A DNA stretch of 124,000 nt from Hyalangium minutum (GTDB lineage Bacteria > Myxococcota > Myxococcia > Myxococcales > Myxococcaceae): positions 144,001 to 268,000 of the forward strand of contig NZ_JMCB01000001.1 of the NCBI RefSeq assembly GCF_000737315.1. The letters run 5' to 3'. Positions 30,781 to 39,996 of the stretch are shown piece by piece. How positions within the stretch are numbered: the stretch's first letter is position 1; every line of letters begins with the position of its first letter. A model generated the notes under the pieces. It was not told the origin of the DNA. It searched no databases and saw only the letters and a program-made list of their open reading frames with translations. Both the position numbers and the translations under genes were made by a program.

Positions 30781-31694
30781 CTGGGCTCTCCTGTGCTCAC
30801 TTTCACCCTCTCCATCGCCGAGGGTGACATGCTCACTCCCGTCACACGCTCCGAGTACTCCCAGAGCTTGCGCGCTGTCTCGACATCGTACGAGCTCTTG
30901 CTCGAGCGCTCTTCCTGGCACTTGCGCCAGATCCCGCCAAAGTACTTGCCGCTCACGCCCTCCAGCTCCGGGGCTGACGCGGCCCAGACCTGCGTCACCG
31001 CGCCTTCCTCGGGCGTCAGAAACCCGAGCGACCTGACCGCCATGAGCATCGCCACGGCCGGCAGCAGGAAGACCGCGCCGGAGTTGGCGTTGATGCTGGT
31101 GGCGGCCGCCCCGGGATGGACGCAGTTGGCCGTCACGCCAGTTCCCTCCAGCCGCCGTGCCAGCTCGTAGGTGAACAGGACGTTGCACAGCTTGGAATGG
31201 GCGTACGACTTGAGCATGCTGTAGCCGCGCTCAAGCTGGAGATTGTCGAAGTCCAGGGCGTACTGCCCGTGCTTATAGGACGAGACGTTGACGATGCGGG
31301 AAGGAGCCCCCGCCCGGAGCGCCTCCAGCAATTGGAGCGTCAGGGCGAAGTGGCCCAGGTGGTTCACGCCCAACACCATCTCGAACCCGTCCACCGTCGT
31401 CCGCCGCTCGGGCAGCGCCAGGCCAGCGTTGTTGACCAGCGCATGGAGCCGGTCATACCGCGCGCTGAACTGCTCGACGAAGGAGCGGATGGAGGCCAGC
31501 GAGGCGAGATCGCAGAGCATCAGCTCCACCTCCCTGTTTCCAGAGCGGCCCCGCACCTCGTCCCGCGCGGCCTCACCTCGGGCCTTGTCACGGCACACCA
31601 TCACCACCCGGGCCCCTTGCCGCGCCAACGCCAACGCCGTCGCGCGCCCCAGCCCCGCATTGGCCCCCGTGATCAAACAAATCTTGTCTTGCAT
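30777..31694 (-). CDS. SDR oxidoreductase (retinol-dehydrogenase-like)
   Basis: ITGANAGLG, LVNNAG, YAHSK. Confidence 0.9.
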   Translation of the reverse strand: MQDKICLITGANAGLGRATALALARQGARVVMVCRDKARGEAARDEVRGRSGNREVELMLCDLASLASIRSFVEQFSARYDRLHALVNNAGLALPERRTTVDGFEMVLGVNHLGHFALTLQLLEALRAGAPSRIVNVSSYKHGQYALDFDNLQLERGYSMLKSYAHSKLCNVLFTYELARRLEGTGVTANCVHPGAAATSINANSGAVFLLPAVAMLMAVRSLGFLTPEEGAVTQVWAASAPELEGVSGKYFGGIWRKCQEERSSKSSYDVETARKLWEYSERVTGVSMSPSAMERVKVSTGEPR

Positions 31695-31713
31695 CCCAGC
31701 CCCCACAAACGGC

Positions 31714-32373
31714 CTACCGGAAGAGGCTCGCGATCGCCGCTGGCAGCCCCGTGGGGCTCGCCCGGAAGTAGATGTCCAGGTGATCGTCATCCGTCCGGAC
31801 GGCCCGCAGCCCCACAACGGGGTTGATCGTCGCCAGGAAGCGGCGGATGCCCGGGTTGTTGGCAAAGTCAGGGCTCTTCAACAAGTCGAAGCACACCCGA
31901 TCATCTTGGGCCTCGACCAGGGTGGGGGGGCGCTCGGGCAGGTGCACCAGCAGGTTGGCCGGCTTGGTGAAGTCGAGCTCCCCCGACTTGATCTTCGCGA
32001 TGACCGGAGAGGTGCCGTCACCCTCGTCGAGGATCTCGGCCTTCATCTCCGAGACACGGAACTCCAAGCGCACCTCGTCCTTGTTGATGCGCAGATCATC
32101 CAGCGCGACCACGAGCGAAGCGCGGAGCAGCGAGGAGCCCAGGGCATCGAGTGTCGTGGTGAGCTTCAATCCCGGGGGCGCGGGCGAGATGATGACGTCC
32201 TTCTTGTGCCCCTGCCCCGAGACGAACGTACGGGCCAGGTAGCGCGGCACGGCCAGGGGGATGCCCAGCCGCAGCTTCATCATCCCTCGGATGGCCCGGG
32301 GAACCTCTTCTGGGTGCTCCTTGAGATACTCCTTCACCGCGAGGAAGAGCGTTTTGGCGTTCGGCTTGCTCAT
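31714..32373 (-). CDS. Hypothetical protein (219 aa)
   Basis: Co-oriented between SDR paralogs; good codon bias. Confidence 0.7.
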   Translation of the reverse strand: MSKPNAKTLFLAVKEYLKEHPEEVPRAIRGMMKLRLGIPLAVPRYLARTFVSGQGHKKDVIISPAPPGLKLTTTLDALGSSLLRASLVVALDDLRINKDEVRLEFRVSEMKAEILDEGDGTSPVIAKIKSGELDFTKPANLLVHLPERPPTLVEAQDDRVCFDLLKSPDFANNPGIRRFLATINPVVGLRAVRTDDDHLDIYFRASPTGLPAAIASLFR

Positions 32374-32440
32374 GGCTTGTGGCGACTTCCCTTCAGGCAA
32401 TGGGTGACGGTGCGGAGCCCAGGCCCCGGCCTCGGCGGGC

Positions 32441-33313
32441 TCAGGGCAGGGACACGCCGGTGAGCTGTTCGGACTCCTGCCATAGCTTGAGCGCCAGCGC
32501 CTCATCGTACGTAGCGGGGCTGGAGCGCTCCTCCTGGCATTTGCGGAAGACGCCTCCAAAGTACTTCCCGCTCACCCCGTCGAGCTCCGGCGCGCTCGCG
32601 GCCCAGATCTGGGTGTGGGCGCCCCACTCGGGGGTGGCCAGGCCGAACGCCCGCAGCGTCAGGGCCAGCCCAATGAAGGGGAGCATGGCAATGGAGCCGG
32701 AGTTGCTCCCCATGCTGGTCGCGGCCCCTCCCGGGTGCACACAGTTGGTGGTCACCTTCGTGCCACGCAGGCGGCGCGCAAGCTCGTAGGTGAAGAGCAC
32801 ATTGCACAGCTTCGACCGGGAGTACGCCTTCATCATGCCGTAGCCGCGCTCCAGCTGGAGATCATTGAAGTCCAGCGGGTACTGGCCGTGCTTGAAGGAA
32901 GAGACGTTGACGATGCGGGAGGGCTGGCCGGCCTTGAGCGCGTCCAGCAGCAGCAGCGTCAGCGCGAAGTGGCCCAGGTGGTTGACCCCGAAGACCATCT
33001 CGAAGCCGTCCCCCGTCTGGGCCCGCTTGGGGAGCGTGACGCCGGCATTGTTCACGAGGACATGCAGCTGGGAGTACTTCGCCTTGAACTGCTCGACGAA
33101 GGAGCGAATCGAGGCGAGCGAAGCCAGATCGCAGAGCATCAGCTCCACCGCGTCGTTGCCCGTCCGGCCCCGGATCTCGTCCCGGGCTGCCGCTCCCCGC
33201 TCGCGGTCGCGGCTCATCACCACCACCGTGGCGCCCTTCGCCGCGAGCGCCATCGCCGTGGCCCGCCCCAATCCGGCGTTCGCCCCGGTGACAATACACA
33301 CTTTGCCTTCCAT
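32441..33313 (-). CDS. SDR oxidoreductase (paralog of 30777-31694)
   Basis: VTGANAGLG, LVNNAG, YSRSK. Confidence 0.9.
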   Translation of the reverse strand: MEGKVCIVTGANAGLGRATAMALAAKGATVVVMSRDRERGAAARDEIRGRTGNDAVELMLCDLASLASIRSFVEQFKAKYSQLHVLVNNAGVTLPKRAQTGDGFEMVFGVNHLGHFALTLLLLDALKAGQPSRIVNVSSFKHGQYPLDFNDLQLERGYGMMKAYSRSKLCNVLFTYELARRLRGTKVTTNCVHPGGAATSMGSNSGSIAMLPFIGLALTLRAFGLATPEWGAHTQIWAASAPELDGVSGKYFGGVFRKCQEERSSPATYDEALALKLWQESEQLTGVSLP

Positions 33314-33479
33314 GATTCTGGAGTCCTAGGAGTCTGGTAGGGGGTCAGGCGTCCAAGGAGACCAGCCGATCTGGTGCATTGCGCGTCTGTGCGCGTCCCC
33401 GGCACCACCTTGGGCTCGGGGGAGGCCAGATCGATGATCCAGTCGCCTCCCCCTCGCTACTGAATCCGGAACACAATGA

Positions 33480-34187
33480 TCAGGCGTAGATGCTGGGGCC
33501 CGTGCCGTGGCGCCAGAACTGCGGCTTGATATCGGGGATGCCCAGCTCGCGGCGAACATCGTCGATGGGACGCTCCCACATGTCCTCGAACTTCAGATCG
33601 CACATGAACCGGACGGTCTTGCCCAGCTTGAAGCCCAAGTCCCAGCCCGCCTGCAGCTCCTTGGCCCGATCCGGCTTGAGCAGCTTGTAGACGTGGAAGC
33701 CCGCCTTGAACAACGGGACGATCTCGGGCGGCAGGCTGCAGTTCTGCGCCTCGGCGAACGCCGTCACGCTGTACTCACCCGGCATGGTCGTTTCGAAGCC
33801 CAGCAGCAGGTGATACATGTCGTGCATGGCCGTGAAGCGCACGGCGAAGGTGTTGCGCTTGAACACCTCCTGCAGGTAGTGGTCGTCGTCGCTGATCTCG
33901 AAGGGGTTCAGCTTGTTGTCGTCGAGGAACCGCATGTACTCGCGGCCGAGCGTCCCGTCGGGCATCTGGCGCAGCGCACCCCGGTCCACCTTCGGCAGGT
34001 AGCCCCGCACTGCCTCCAGGCGCTTCTGGATCTCCGGGGGGCCGATGTAGTCCATGGCGTCCAGCTTGTAGATCTGGAAGTCACCAAAGCGGCTTGGATC
34101 ATTCGATGTCTGGAGCGCAAGCAAGAGCGACTTCGGCCGAATGGTCCGGCGCGGCAACAATGAACGATTCTCCAAGATCGACAGCAT
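33480..34187 (-). CDS. Coq4-family protein (second paralog)
   Basis: HDMYH-x11-E; LRQMPDGTLGREY. Confidence 0.85.
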   Translation of the reverse strand: MLSILENRSLLPRRTIRPKSLLLALQTSNDPSRFGDFQIYKLDAMDYIGPPEIQKRLEAVRGYLPKVDRGALRQMPDGTLGREYMRFLDDNKLNPFEISDDDHYLQEVFKRNTFAVRFTAMHDMYHLLLGFETTMPGEYSVTAFAEAQNCSLPPEIVPLFKAGFHVYKLLKPDRAKELQAGWDLGFKLGKTVRFMCDLKFEDMWERPIDDVRRELGIPDIKPQFWRHGTGPSIYA

Positions 34188-34333
34188 GGCGACTCCTCAC
34201 TTTCACGTGAGCCCAGAGGGCAGCTTCCGCCCTGGGCTACGGACAATACAGAGTGTACAGATTAAACGGGATTTTGCATGACCTTGTCAAGAAAACGACG
34301 GGTGAGTGGCCTTTCGGGAAGCGGCAGGAGCCG

Positions 34334-35101
34334 TCAGGTGCCCTGCGCCCCCCCCGAAAGCGCTCGGATCAGCTCATCCGCATAGCGAGGCCCTTCCTGG
34401 AACAGGAAGAAGTGGCCGCCTGGGAAGACTCTAGCGGAGAACACCTGCTGCGTCTCCTCGCGCCAGGCCTCCAGGGCTGGCTCGGGGGTGTCGGGGTCAT
34501 CCTTCCCCCCCCAAGCGGTGAGGGGGCAGCCAAGGGGAGGCTCGGGGGTGTACCGGTAGCGCTCGAACATCGCGAAGTCGTTGCGAAGCACCGGGGTCAG
34601 CATTTCCATCATCTCTCGGTGGGCAAGCACCTCTGGAGGGCTGCCGCCGAGTTTGCGCACCTCCTCGCGGAAGGGCTCGTCGGGCAGCGCACTCAATGGA
34701 CGCGGAATGGGGCGAACCCGAGGGGCGGGAGAACCCGAGACGATCAGGTGCGCGGGCCCTGGAAGCTGGAGCTGCCGTAGCCGCCGCGCCAGTTCGAAGG
34801 CCACCAGCGCTCCGAGGCTGTGCCCGAAGAGCGCCAGCGGGACATCCATCAGCGGGCGCAGCGCGGGGAGCAGCGCGTCGATCAGCGCAGTGGCGGAGTC
34901 AATCCGCTTGTCGCCCCAGCGGCTCCCGCGGCCCGGAGCATCCACCGCGCACAGCTCGACGTGAGGGGGCATCCGGGCAGCCCAGCTGTTGAAGGTAGCG
35001 GCACCGCCCCCCGCGTGGGGGAAACACACCACGCGCAAGGAGGCTCGGGCTTGGGGCCGGCGGAAGGGAAACCACCGCTGTGGCTGGGACGCAGTGCTCA
35101 C
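34334..35101 (-). CDS. Type II thioesterase (second copy)
   Basis: CFPHAGGG, LFGHSLG, FPGGHFF; GTG start after AGGAG. Confidence 0.9.
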   Translation of the reverse strand: MSTASQPQRWFPFRRPQARASLRVVCFPHAGGGAATFNSWAARMPPHVELCAVDAPGRGSRWGDKRIDSATALIDALLPALRPLMDVPLALFGHSLGALVAFELARRLRQLQLPGPAHLIVSGSPAPRVRPIPRPLSALPDEPFREEVRKLGGSPPEVLAHREMMEMLTPVLRNDFAMFERYRYTPEPPLGCPLTAWGGKDDPDTPEPALEAWREETQQVFSARVFPGGHFFLFQEGPRYADELIRALSGGAQGT

Positions 35102-35190
35102 GATGCAGGCTCCTGTTTCAGGCTCCTCCATACCATTGGATTCGTGAGTCTGTAGCGGGCTGTCCGTCATCCTGCGCGGCGCCCTGTGGA

Positions 35191-35514
35191 TCAGCGGGAG
35201 TTCTTCAAGCTCCCCACCGTCAGCCCCGTCATCTGAGGTGCCACGCGGTTGATGCCATCCCCGGAGGAGCGCGCCAGCGTCTGCGCGGGAGCTCCCGCAC
35301 GGGCCGGTGCTGTGCCCTTGCCGCCTGGAGAGCCCCGGAGCAGCTCGCGGACCCGGTTCCAGCGGGCCTTCTCGTCGGCCAGCAGGCGGGCCAGTTCGTC
35401 GCGCGCCGCCGGGTCCTGGAGCCCACTGGCCGCCGCCGCCACCTTGTCGAGGAACGGCATCAGGTAGCCAAAGTCCCTGTCGAACGCGTCCGGATTCGCC
35501 ACATGCACCTCCAC
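35191..35514 (-). CDS. Small hypothetical protein, last gene of PG-binding operon
   Basis: Co-oriented downstream of 35568-37061. Confidence 0.6.
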   Translation of the reverse strand: MEVHVANPDAFDRDFGYLMPFLDKVAAAASGLQDPAARDELARLLADEKARWNRVRELLRGSPGGKGTAPARAGAPAQTLARSSGDGINRVAPQMTGLTVGSLKNSR

Positions 35515-35567
35515 CGGGAAAACGGCGCCACCCTACCCCATTGCCGCGCGCGCGCCCAAGCGAAGCC

Positions 35568-37061
35568 TCAGCCGTTGTCATCCAGCTCACCCGGGATGGC
35601 CACCCCCTCCGGGTTGTAGACAGTGTGCGGCCCCACCTCCTTGAGGAGAGCCTTCATCCAGTCGGGGATGGTACCGATGGTCGCGGGAGCCAGGGCCCTG
35701 CGCACATAGGTCCAGTCGGTCCGCCCGTTGTCGAGCGAGCTCACCACCAGCAGGGGCTCTCCCACGGAGACAGGACCGAGGTCTACCAGGCGCTTGGCTC
35801 GCGGGGTTTCCTCCTGCATCAACACCTTCGCCAGGTCTCCCCGAGGGCTGTAGAACACCCACCACGCCACGGTCCGGAAGGTCTTCGCCTCTTGCTCGGG
35901 GGTGCCTGGAGTCTCCGGCGGATTCCAGTCTGGGAGCGAGCGCAGCGCGTACTGACACCGAGCAATGGTGTAGTTGGCCGTCTCTTCGGCGCCCCACATC
36001 CGCAGCAGGCGGCTCATGAAGACGAGGCCCTCGGGCACTTCCAGATCCTTCTCTTCGATGCGCACCTTCTTCTTGGTCTTGGCGGAGAATGGCAGCTTGG
36101 CCACGAAGAGCCGCGCCAGGCCATACGGGCGCGTCTTCTTCATCCGATCGATCCCCGATTGGAGCTGCGCATCGGACCGGGCTGCGGGAGTCCCCAGACC
36201 TCCGTACCGGCCTCCTATTTTCGGATCCGTCTTGGAGCCGGGGATGAAGCTGCGCACCAGCAACGAGCCTTCATTGTCGTAGTTGCCGCTGTAGTCCCAC
36301 TTGGGAGCGCAGGAAGGCGCGGGCCTCGGAGCATCCTGGGCTGCCCCGGTGTCGAAGAGCTGTGCCTGCTTCTTCCCGTCGGTATCCACGCGCAGGATGC
36401 TCACCACGTGGGAGCCCTTCTGCTTGGTGCCGTCCGGATCGCGCCCCACCCAGCTGTAGCAAGAGCCCTGCTGGAGCGGGTGCGAGGCCTTCATGGCATC
36501 CGCGAACCTCAGGGGGCCGCCTTTGTCCCAGTGGCCACCCTCGGACGTGAAGACCTTGAGCCCGTCATTGCCGTCGCAGTCGATGCCGACGCCGTTGACG
36601 TAGGACATGCCATAGCCACGGGACAGCACCGTGTACGACACCAGCATCTGGCACGCGCAGCAGACAGCGACGAAGGGCTGCGCGCCCTCGCTGAAGCTCT
36701 TGTAGATGTCCTGGATGGGAACGGCGTTGCCCGTCTCGACGTCCGGACCGTCATAAGCGGTGCCCAGCAGCAGCTCGCTGATGCCCCGGGCCCACTGCTC
36801 CTCGAGCAGCGGCCGCCCCGACTTGAGGATCTTCAGCTGCATCGGGTGGGCGTCTGGATCGTAGATGTTCCACTGCTTGTTCCACAGGTTCCAGTACTCC
36901 CCCGCACACCACAGCCCATCCAAGGGGAGGTTCATCCGGAAGGCGATCATCTTCAGCACTTCCGCCGCCCCTTGATCACGTGGCTTGGGGATCTTGTCGA
37001 CGTTGATGAGTTCGACGAGGCGGGGGAAGCCCTTGCGCTCGGGGGCTGCGGTGGATGCCAT
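35568..37061 (-). CDS. Hypothetical protein, possible papain-like Cys-His-Asp enzyme
   Basis: VCCACQ ... GSHVVSIL ... LFDTG arrangement. Confidence 0.6.
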   Translation of the reverse strand: MASTAAPERKGFPRLVELINVDKIPKPRDQGAAEVLKMIAFRMNLPLDGLWCAGEYWNLWNKQWNIYDPDAHPMQLKILKSGRPLLEEQWARGISELLLGTAYDGPDVETGNAVPIQDIYKSFSEGAQPFVAVCCACQMLVSYTVLSRGYGMSYVNGVGIDCDGNDGLKVFTSEGGHWDKGGPLRFADAMKASHPLQQGSCYSWVGRDPDGTKQKGSHVVSILRVDTDGKKQAQLFDTGAAQDAPRPAPSCAPKWDYSGNYDNEGSLLVRSFIPGSKTDPKIGGRYGGLGTPAARSDAQLQSGIDRMKKTRPYGLARLFVAKLPFSAKTKKKVRIEEKDLEVPEGLVFMSRLLRMWGAEETANYTIARCQYALRSLPDWNPPETPGTPEQEAKTFRTVAWWVFYSPRGDLAKVLMQEETPRAKRLVDLGPVSVGEPLLVVSSLDNGRTDWTYVRRALAPATIGTIPDWMKALLKEVGPHTVYNPEGVAIPGELDDNG

Positions 37062-37065
37062 GTGC

Positions 37066-38580
37066 CTATGCCTCCTGGGCCTCGAGCCCCTCGCGGTGCA
37101 CGCGATCGACGGCCTGCGCGAACGGCTCGCCCTCCGCTTCGGGATGATCCGCCAGGAAGTGCTGCCGGTTCTCCTCGGGGTCTTTCGAGGTGTAACCCAG
37201 GTTGTGCAGCTGGCGCTCCGTGTCGGGCGTCTCCTGCTCCTCGGTGCCCAGGTAGATCACCCGCGAGTAGAGGTAGCGAGGCTCCTCCGTCCCCGGCGCG
37301 CTGGCCTTGCCCTGGACGTGCTCGGAGGTGGGGTAAGCGCCCCACTCGAGCTCGCAGGCGCCCCCCGCGTAGACGTTCTGCTCGATCAGAAGCCCTTCGG
37401 CCGAGGCCCGGCCCTCGCGCACCTGCGAGCCCACCGTCAGACGGTAGGGCGCTCCAGACTCCCGCTCCACCGGGTCGTCGCTCTCGGGGTTGGCCCCCAT
37501 GCGCCGGCCGTGGTGATCCATGAGGTACAGCGACACCGTCTCCCGCACGCCCTCGCACGGCGAGCCCCGCGCCAGCCGGTCATAGAAGGCACACGCGAAG
37601 GTCCTCCCGCCCGTCAGGTGCTCGCGCTGCGCTCCCCGCGGGTTGCGGCGCGCCTCTCCATCCGGCCAGAACTTCGCCTTGCAGCCCGCGGGGCCCTCGC
37701 TGACGGTGGGACAGGGCCACTGCTCCGGGGTGATGTTCAGCGCGGGGTCGAACATGTAGATGACCACGCGCCGGTTGGGCATGTTCGCCGCGTCGCGCTC
37801 GGCCTTGCGCGCGGGCTTCTGGTATTCGGCGGCGGCCTGCTCCGAGAAGACGCGCACGGGGTTGAACTCGCCGCAGCCCTGGTAGGCACACTTGCCTCCG
37901 GCGCTGGGGCCTCGCGAGAGGAAGTCCTCCGGCACGTACTGGAAGGGGACACCCTGCTCGTCCACGCAGAGCGCGTCCATGTACGCGAGGAAGAGCTTGG
38001 CGCGCGTGCCTCCGTCCGGGAACCCCGTCCCGGGCAGGCCGTTGTCTTGCTGGAAGGCCTTCACGGCCTTCGTCGTGGGATTGTCCAGGTAGCCCGTGGG
38101 CGCCGCCTGCAGGTAACCCAGCTGCGTCAACATCATCTGGATCTGCCGGGTGCCCCACTTGTCCCCTCCGTGCGGGGAGCTGTAGAGCTTCTCCCAGAGC
38201 GCCACGTCACGGGTGAGCAGGCCGTAGACGGAAGTGGCCCGGCGGCCGGCCAGCACTTTGTTGTACTCGTCCTGGCCCGAGGGGTCGGCGTGGCCGAACA
38301 CGCTCAGCAGCAGCGCCTTGCCTGTGTCGTCCGGGCCAGGCGGGCGCTGGCGGGCCAGCAGCTGGAACTCGTGCGTGCCGGCAGGCAACAGGAACGACGA
38401 GTCAAAGTCGAACCGCAGATCATCGATGCGCCAGCACGCCGAGGGGCGGAGCCGGGGCCGGAGCGTGCTGTACGCCTCCTTGTCCGTGGGCGCCACCACG
38501 TAGGGAATGGGGGCCTCGCCGTGCTTGGCGGCGGTGCCCCCATCCGAGATCAGCGCGCCTTCCATCAAGTTCCTGGCCAT
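37066..38580 (-). CDS. OmpA-like plus peptidoglycan-binding (PG_binding_1) domain protein
   Basis: VFGHADPSGQDEYNKVLAGRRA, QMMLTQLGY..TKAVKAFQQDNGL, NRRVVI. Confidence 0.75.
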   Translation of the reverse strand: MARNLMEGALISDGGTAAKHGEAPIPYVVAPTDKEAYSTLRPRLRPSACWRIDDLRFDFDSSFLLPAGTHEFQLLARQRPPGPDDTGKALLLSVFGHADPSGQDEYNKVLAGRRATSVYGLLTRDVALWEKLYSSPHGGDKWGTRQIQMMLTQLGYLQAAPTGYLDNPTTKAVKAFQQDNGLPGTGFPDGGTRAKLFLAYMDALCVDEQGVPFQYVPEDFLSRGPSAGGKCAYQGCGEFNPVRVFSEQAAAEYQKPARKAERDAANMPNRRVVIYMFDPALNITPEQWPCPTVSEGPAGCKAKFWPDGEARRNPRGAQREHLTGGRTFACAFYDRLARGSPCEGVRETVSLYLMDHHGRRMGANPESDDPVERESGAPYRLTVGSQVREGRASAEGLLIEQNVYAGGACELEWGAYPTSEHVQGKASAPGTEEPRYLYSRVIYLGTEEQETPDTERQLHNLGYTSKDPEENRQHFLADHPEAEGEPFAQAVDRVHREGLEAQEA

Positions 38581-38595
38581 GGTGAGTCCTCGCGG

Positions 38596-39231
38596 CTAGG
38601 AGCCGTGCTCCGTGGCGAGCTGCTCCGCGATCCCCGAGTCCAGCGCCCCTGTGACATCCAGGCCGTTCTCGTGCTGGAACAACTCGAGCGCGAAGCGGGT
38701 CCACTCCATCGTGTCCGGGTTCAGGTACCGGGGATCGTCCGCCGGATAGCCGAGGTTGCTGAGCCGCCCCGCCAGCCCCGTGGGCTCCGGCAGCGGATCC
38801 AGGCCGCCAATGGCCAGATCGAACACCAGATCCCCCACCTCCAGCGTGCCGCTCGTCGCGGTCTTGTCCACCGAGGCCTGAACGTAGCCATCCCCGTCCG
38901 TCGTCAGCTCCTCGGAGTAATGCCCCACCTTCAGCACGCACGGTGCATCGGGGATGGGCTCGCCGCGCAGGTCCAGCACCCGCAGGCGCAGCTGGAGCTT
39001 TCCGGTGTGCACGGTGAGCTTGTGCTTCTTCCCGGTTGCCAGCGTGAAGCGCGCGGGCGGGAGCTCGGGGATCCACACCTCGTCATCGGGCAGCAGCATC
39101 AGCGGGCTCGCGCGGCTCTGCCGGAGCTGCGCGTTCTGGGAGTCGTTCCAGATCGTCTCGAAGTTCTCGAAGCCATACGCCGAGGCGATGCTCGCCAGAT
39201 GCTCGCCCTGTTTGACCTTATGGATGGGCAT
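38596..39231 (-). CDS. LysM plus PG-binding domain protein
   Basis: HKVKQGEHLASIASAYG; ALELFQHENGLDVTG. Confidence 0.8.
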   Translation of the reverse strand: MPIHKVKQGEHLASIASAYGFENFETIWNDSQNAQLRQSRASPLMLLPDDEVWIPELPPARFTLATGKKHKLTVHTGKLQLRLRVLDLRGEPIPDAPCVLKVGHYSEELTTDGDGYVQASVDKTATSGTLEVGDLVFDLAIGGLDPLPEPTGLAGRLSNLGYPADDPRYLNPDTMEWTRFALELFQHENGLDVTGALDSGIAEQLATEHGS

Positions 39232-39261
39232 GGCGCTCCCTCGGGCCCGGGCCGTGCGATG

Positions 39262-39921
39262 TCATGCCGTCGCGCCTTCCTGAGTGACTGGCCCCTCCGC
39301 CATGGCAGGGAGGCTGCCGGGGAGCGAGGGCTGGTATTTGAAGTCTGCGTCGTAAAGGTCCGGGAACTCGACGTCACACGGCCCCGGGGCGAGCGGCTCG
39401 ATCCGCGCGAACCCGGCGGAGTTCGTCATCCCCTCGCGCACCACGTTGCCCTTCTGGAGAATCCGGAAGCTCCGGTTCGCCACGGGCTCGCCGTCCTGGT
39501 TGACCAACTCCAGCTCGATCCAGGCGCCCTTGTCCGCGGGCTTCTCTTTCTCTGGGGGAGGCTCCCACTTGGGGGCGGGCTCCGGAGCCTCCAGTGTCGA
39601 CAGCCCCTGAATGTGAGGACGCGCCTCCAGCACCAGCCGCCCGGCGAGCAGCGCCGCCTCCAGATCCTGGCCAAGCGCCTGAGCCTCCAAGGGCCCCACG
39701 CGCCGGGAAGTCCCCCGAAAGGCCGGGCCCCTCAGCTCCGCATGGAGCGCGAAGGCCGCTTCCACCGCCCGGGGCGACAGGCTCTCGAGCTCCGCCCGGG
39801 CGAAGGCCCATACCTGCCACGCGCGCTCCTGCTCCTCAGGAGACAGGGACTGCCGCTCCCCCTGCGCTCGGAGACGGAACTCCCCAAGAGGCGTTCTGAG
39901 CACCCAGGACGAGCTAAACAT
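39262..39921 (-). CDS. Hypothetical protein with C-terminal carboxypeptidase-regulatory-like beta domain
   Basis: WIELELVNQDGEPVANRSFRI...GMTNSAGFARI. Confidence 0.65.
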   Translation of the reverse strand: MFSSSWVLRTPLGEFRLRAQGERQSLSPEEQERAWQVWAFARAELESLSPRAVEAAFALHAELRGPAFRGTSRRVGPLEAQALGQDLEAALLAGRLVLEARPHIQGLSTLEAPEPAPKWEPPPEKEKPADKGAWIELELVNQDGEPVANRSFRILQKGNVVREGMTNSAGFARIEPLAPGPCDVEFPDLYDADFKYQPSLPGSLPAMAEGPVTQEGATA

Positions 39922-39996
39922 GCAGGGGAACGCTAGCCCGCCCACTCACGCTGGGACAACCCATCCGCCCTCCCCCACGCTCCCCGTCCTGCCCAC

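Noticed and set aside
30169-34187. Canonical ubiquinone biosynthesis operon
   Set aside because: No prenyltransferase, methyltransferases or hydroxylases of the Ubi pathway adjacent
36985-39936. 983-aa plus-strand ORF
   Set aside because: Antisense to the PG-binding operon; no motifs
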